In this document: piece after piece, positions 44,690 to 47,792 of the stretch
How the letters are laid out: each line of letters begins with the position of its first letter
How positions within the stretch are numbered: position 1 is the stretch's first letter
From: a virus
Taxonomy: Duplodnaviria; Caudoviricetes
Reading direction: 5' to 3' (one strand)
Length of the DNA: 47,792 nucleotides
Virus record (IMG/VR): IMGVR_UViG_3300020045_002718
Span: 1-47,792 of that record
Notes under the pieces: model-generated
The model's database searches: none
The model's input: only the letters and a program-made list of their open reading frames with translations
Told to the model about the DNA's origin: nothing
Translations under genes and position numbers: made by a program

Positions 44690-46201
44690 CTAGTTACAAC
44701 CGTATGGATTCCTCTTCCCCCAAGAGGGCTTACTCATTTGAATGGGGTCATAACGGAAGCCGCTAGCTTCAAGGTATTTCAAGCCATCCATAAGGTCATC
44801 ATCTTTCTTACGGGGTTTGTCTTTGGGATCATGGGAATCAGACTTTCTGACGAATTCATCCCACACGTAGTGTTTGAATTCGTAGCGGAGTTGGTAGAGG
44901 TCATCGAATACAAGGATGTCTGGGAACCACTTAGAGGGGTTCAGGGTGTCTTGCCGGAAACGAAGGCGCTTGGTGACGTTCTGGATACCGGGGTCTACGG
45001 CTTTCTCAGGCTTACGGACAGTACGGGTGACGATACCACAGTTGGAGAATTCCTGTTGGATGTCACGGCCAGTGATAGGGTCATTCTCACGGGCAGAGGT
45101 ATCTATCAAACGGTAGGTCATGGAGCCATGCAGGTCAGCTTCTTTCTGCTTAATGACCTTAGCGTATTCTTCTACGATCATGCCGCCTTTCTCTGGCTTG
45201 AATTCATCGTAGTAGTAGCTGCGGCCGTCTGGGGATATGGCCCGCCAGAGGAGTGCGAAAGGTTTACGGTTGTGGGGGTCGATTACCATGGAGCGGGGCC
45301 AGTGGTAGGGGATGTCGAATCGCTTAATCAGGTTACCGCCATAGGGCTTGTCATCTCGGATTTCATCATGGTACCAGTCACGGTATTCTTTGTAGACGAG
45401 GCCGCTTAGGTGGATGAAGTCTCCGAAGAGGCGAACACGGCGTTCATCTTCTGGGAGGGCTTCGAATCGCTTCACGTAGGACTCTGAGAGGTGGGCTATG
45501 TTGTCTGCTGTACAGCCACGGATGATGTCTAGGTCAGGGGGACGGCGGAGACGTTTCTCGTACTTCTCGTATATTTCGTCATATTCCCAGCTCATCCCTT
45601 CTGTAGGTGTCATCTCAGCTAGGAGACGGCGGACTCCTCCGCCTCGGAGACGGGCGAGGTTCTCTTCGTATTTGTCTTTAGGGCAGTGTTCAGACATACC
45701 GATGAAGGAGAGGTTAGCACCAGCATAGGTGTCAGTGTCTTGATCGTAGGTCTTTAGGTAGATACGGGATTGGGTGGAGTGGAAAACAATCATACGGTCT
45801 TTCTCGTAGTAACGAAAGTGACCTTTGAACCACTTCTCGAATTCGGGGACGATGATACCTTGGATACCATCGTTGAAGGTGGTGCAGCAGAGGCGCATCT
45901 TAATGGGTTGACGAAGAGGGTTGACTTTACCGGATTCGGGATACCAAGTGGGGTAGTCACCTAGGGCGTGCCAGCCCATTTCGTTACAGAGGGCTGCATC
46001 TTTGCCGGTACCGTTGCCTGCAAATACCCATCGTTCGAAGGAATCAGATAGGTGGATTCGCGTTTGGGACTTGTTGGGACGATAAGCTAAGTAAGGTTTC
46101 TCAGAGACTTTGATTGAGATGGCCTCCTTTTGACGCTCTTTCTCGACTGCGATTTCAGCTAGGCGCTTATTGATGTCTGTAGGGGATAGTGTAGGACTCA
46201 T
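44690..46201 (-). CDS. terL: Terminase large subunit
   Basis: AGNGTGKD P-loop, MTPTEG motif C, GLVY, IDP, DDDLMDGLKY nuclease motif. Confidence 0.92.
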   Translation of the reverse strand: MSPTLSPTDINKRLAEIAVEKERQKEAISIKVSEKPYLAYRPNKSQTRIHLSDSFERWVFAGNGTGKDAALCNEMGWHALGDYPTWYPESGKVNPLRQPIKMRLCCTTFNDGIQGIIVPEFEKWFKGHFRYYEKDRMIVFHSTQSRIYLKTYDQDTDTYAGANLSFIGMSEHCPKDKYEENLARLRGGGVRRLLAEMTPTEGMSWEYDEIYEKYEKRLRRPPDLDIIRGCTADNIAHLSESYVKRFEALPEDERRVRLFGDFIHLSGLVYKEYRDWYHDEIRDDKPYGGNLIKRFDIPYHWPRSMVIDPHNRKPFALLWRAISPDGRSYYYDEFKPEKGGMIVEEYAKVIKQKEADLHGSMTYRLIDTSARENDPITGRDIQQEFSNCGIVTRTVRKPEKAVDPGIQNVTKRLRFRQDTLNPSKWFPDILVFDDLYQLRYEFKHYVWDEFVRKSDSHDPKDKPRKKDDDLMDGLKYLEASGFRYDPIQMSKPSWGKRNPYGCN

Positions 46202-46839
46202 TTGGCTGGGGGGGACTTGGGTGTTATATCTATGGCGGCCTTGAGAGCTGCCTCTTCTTCCTCTAGTTTATGGAAGTTGGCAAGGAGAGTGTCTACCGAC
46301 TTGAAGTCAACTTGTTCCCTAGAGCTGTTCATGACGATCTGCATGATGTTGAACTTAGGCGGCTCGTCACCAAATTCGTCTGCGAGACGTTTCTTCAGCC
46401 AGAACATACGTTCAGCTACGTTCTCTTCCTTCTTGGCTGCAGCGAAACTGATCGACTTGAGTTGTTCGTTACGCCTCATTTCGATGGCAGCAAGGTTTGC
46501 TGCGAACTCCATGTCATTCTGGGCTGACTTACGCATCCATGTGCTGTCTGCTCCACAGGCCTTAAGGGCCAATTCTGTCTCTGGCCACATTTCATCGTAG
46601 ACGGTGATGAAGAGTTTCTTGCGGACAGGGTCATCGAACTTACTTGGGTTGCGTTTCAGGAGGACATTACGGGCTTGGTCGGGGGTTAGGGTGTCTATGA
46701 ACTTGCCGAAGGCGGCCATGTAGGTAGCCTTACGTTCGATATCAGGTATCTTTGAGGGGCGTCTACGGTCTGCGAGAATGGCTGGATCTACGATTCTAGC
46801 TACTTTAGCCTTTCTGGCCTTTTTAGTGAGTTGTGGCAT
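46198..46839 (-). CDS. terS: Terminase small subunit
   Basis: ATGA-coupled to terL; helical, DMEFAA...ERMFWLKKR...EFG. Confidence 0.7.
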   Translation of the reverse strand: MPQLTKKARKAKVARIVDPAILADRRRPSKIPDIERKATYMAAFGKFIDTLTPDQARNVLLKRNPSKFDDPVRKKLFITVYDEMWPETELALKACGADSTWMRKSAQNDMEFAANLAAIEMRRNEQLKSISFAAAKKEENVAERMFWLKKRLADEFGDEPPKFNIMQIVMNSSREQVDFKSVDTLLANFHKLEEEEAALKAAIDITPKSPPAK

Positions 46840-46840
46840 G

Positions 46841-47125
46841 TTATTTGCATCCTAGGTGTTCGTCGGACATTTCAGGGTAACAGACTCTATCAAGTGCTTT
46901 ATGAATGATTAGAGTAGCATACTCATCACAGTAAGGGGAAATTAAGCCTCGCCCACCACATTTCCAGCAGGATGGATTAGGGTTGTCGGCATCTTCACAC
47001 TCGTTGCAGCGTTGCATAAGCTCCGGCTCACACCAACAAAGGTCAGACTTATTTGTCAAATGGCTGGTTTTGCCTGTTTTGCGGTCAACCGGATAAATGT
47101 GGATCATGTCTCCTGTATGCAGCAT
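46841..47125 (-). CDS. Cys/His-rich Zn-binding protein
   Basis: H..S..CWCEP...CNEC...CWKCGGRG...IIH. Confidence 0.6.
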   Translation of the reverse strand: MLHTGDMIHIYPVDRKTGKTSHLTNKSDLCWCEPELMQRCNECEDADNPNPSCWKCGGRGLISPYCDEYATLIIHKALDRVCYPEMSDEHLGCK

Positions 47126-47424
47126 AGTTGTTGATTCGGCTACCTTTCGTCTTAGTTGAGTAGGAGACTAACCTTATACGGCTCCAAGGAGCCGTCGGCT
47201 TGGTTACTTCAGGCCCCGCCCTGTCAGATGAAGTACTTTAACTAAAATCATATAACTTATGTAGATGTTGAAAGTGGCTCCTGTGTGGCCACTCCCCCTG
47301 TATATTGAAGTACTTAGGCTATTATCACATAAATTATGCAGAAACAGCAAGTTCAAGATGGACCAATGTTGTTCTAGATAAACGTCTCTACGCCTTTTGC
47401 CACGACGAAAAGGGGGACATGGTA

Positions 47425-47600
47425 TCTCACGCGCGCGATTGATACGCCTGTGTGGGCAAGGGCAGGCAGAGGGGCAGGTAGGCAGGCAGACGCGCGGGCG
47501 CGCAGAACTGCGTGTGCGCGGATGGGCAGGCGAGAGCGACGCTCTTGGGCGGACAGGCGTGTCGCATACGCGCATAATGCGCCCGCATAACGCACACAAG
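47425..47600. repeat. GC-rich low-complexity tract upstream of the terS region (candidate pac/terminus region)
   Basis: GGCAG repeats and CGCG runs, unlike the rest of the genome. Confidence 0.45.
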
Positions 47601-47689
47601 CACAACGACGACTGTGCCAAAATGACACACTTTTAGGATATGACACATGTGCCACTTCACCTTATTTTTATCTGTAAAGTTGTGTGCCA

Positions 47690-47792
47690 AAATGAGTCCT
47701 ACACTATCCCCTACAGACATCAATAAGCGCCTAGCTGAAATCGCAGTCGAGAAAGAGCGTCAAAAGGAGGCCATCTCAATCAAAGTCTCTGA
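47690..47792. repeat. 103-bp exact inverted copy of 46101-46203 (terL 5' end)
   Basis: The window end is the reverse complement of 46101-46203. Confidence 0.95.

Noticed and set aside
44738-45409. Long antisense ORFs (e.g. 44738..45409, 4060..4521, 4850..5326, 5217..5699)
   Set aside because: They are shadows of well-supported genes on the opposite strand and have no recognisable motifs.
47204-47723. ORFs across the GC-rich terminal tract
   Set aside because: Ala/Arg/Cys-rich translations of low-complexity DNA in several overlapping frames; probably non-coding.
1-47792. Amber (TAG) stop-codon reassignment, suggested by abundant TAG triplets and the CTA loop at 13454-13460
   Set aside because: Long genes are intact in the standard code, and several genes end at TAG right at a gene boundary (561, 1080, 3097, 6198).

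Overview
The window is an apparently near-complete, ~47.7 kb genome of a tailed dsDNA phage with podovirus-like architecture. I found no integrase, and the host cannot be determined from the sequence. The + strand arm (~0.1-17.9 kb) holds early/replication genes: a PC4-like ssDNA-binding protein, a four-gene ubiquitin-like conjugation operon (Ubl-GG, E2 with a Cys-rich tail, JAB peptidase, ThiF/E1), a compositionally foreign block of small ORFs, a PD-(D/E)xK nuclease, a Sak4/AAA_24-like ATPase, a putative SSB, a decayed DNA methyltransferase and a UDG-PolA fusion polymerase. The - strand arm (~18.0-47.1 kb) holds an AAA_25/RepA-like helicase, ejection proteins, tail nozzle and adaptor, a membrane/lysis cluster, fibre-like proteins, major capsid, scaffold, portal and terminase. 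Main candidates for new biology: (1) a phage-encoded Ubl/E2/JAB/E1 protein-tagging system in the early region; (2) five morphogenesis-region proteins with Sec-type signal peptides; (3) a probable programmed -1 frameshift that extends the holin with a beta-signal-like C-terminus; (4) several multi-stem intergenic RNAs. All calls come from reading motifs by eye; no database searches or folding programs were run.
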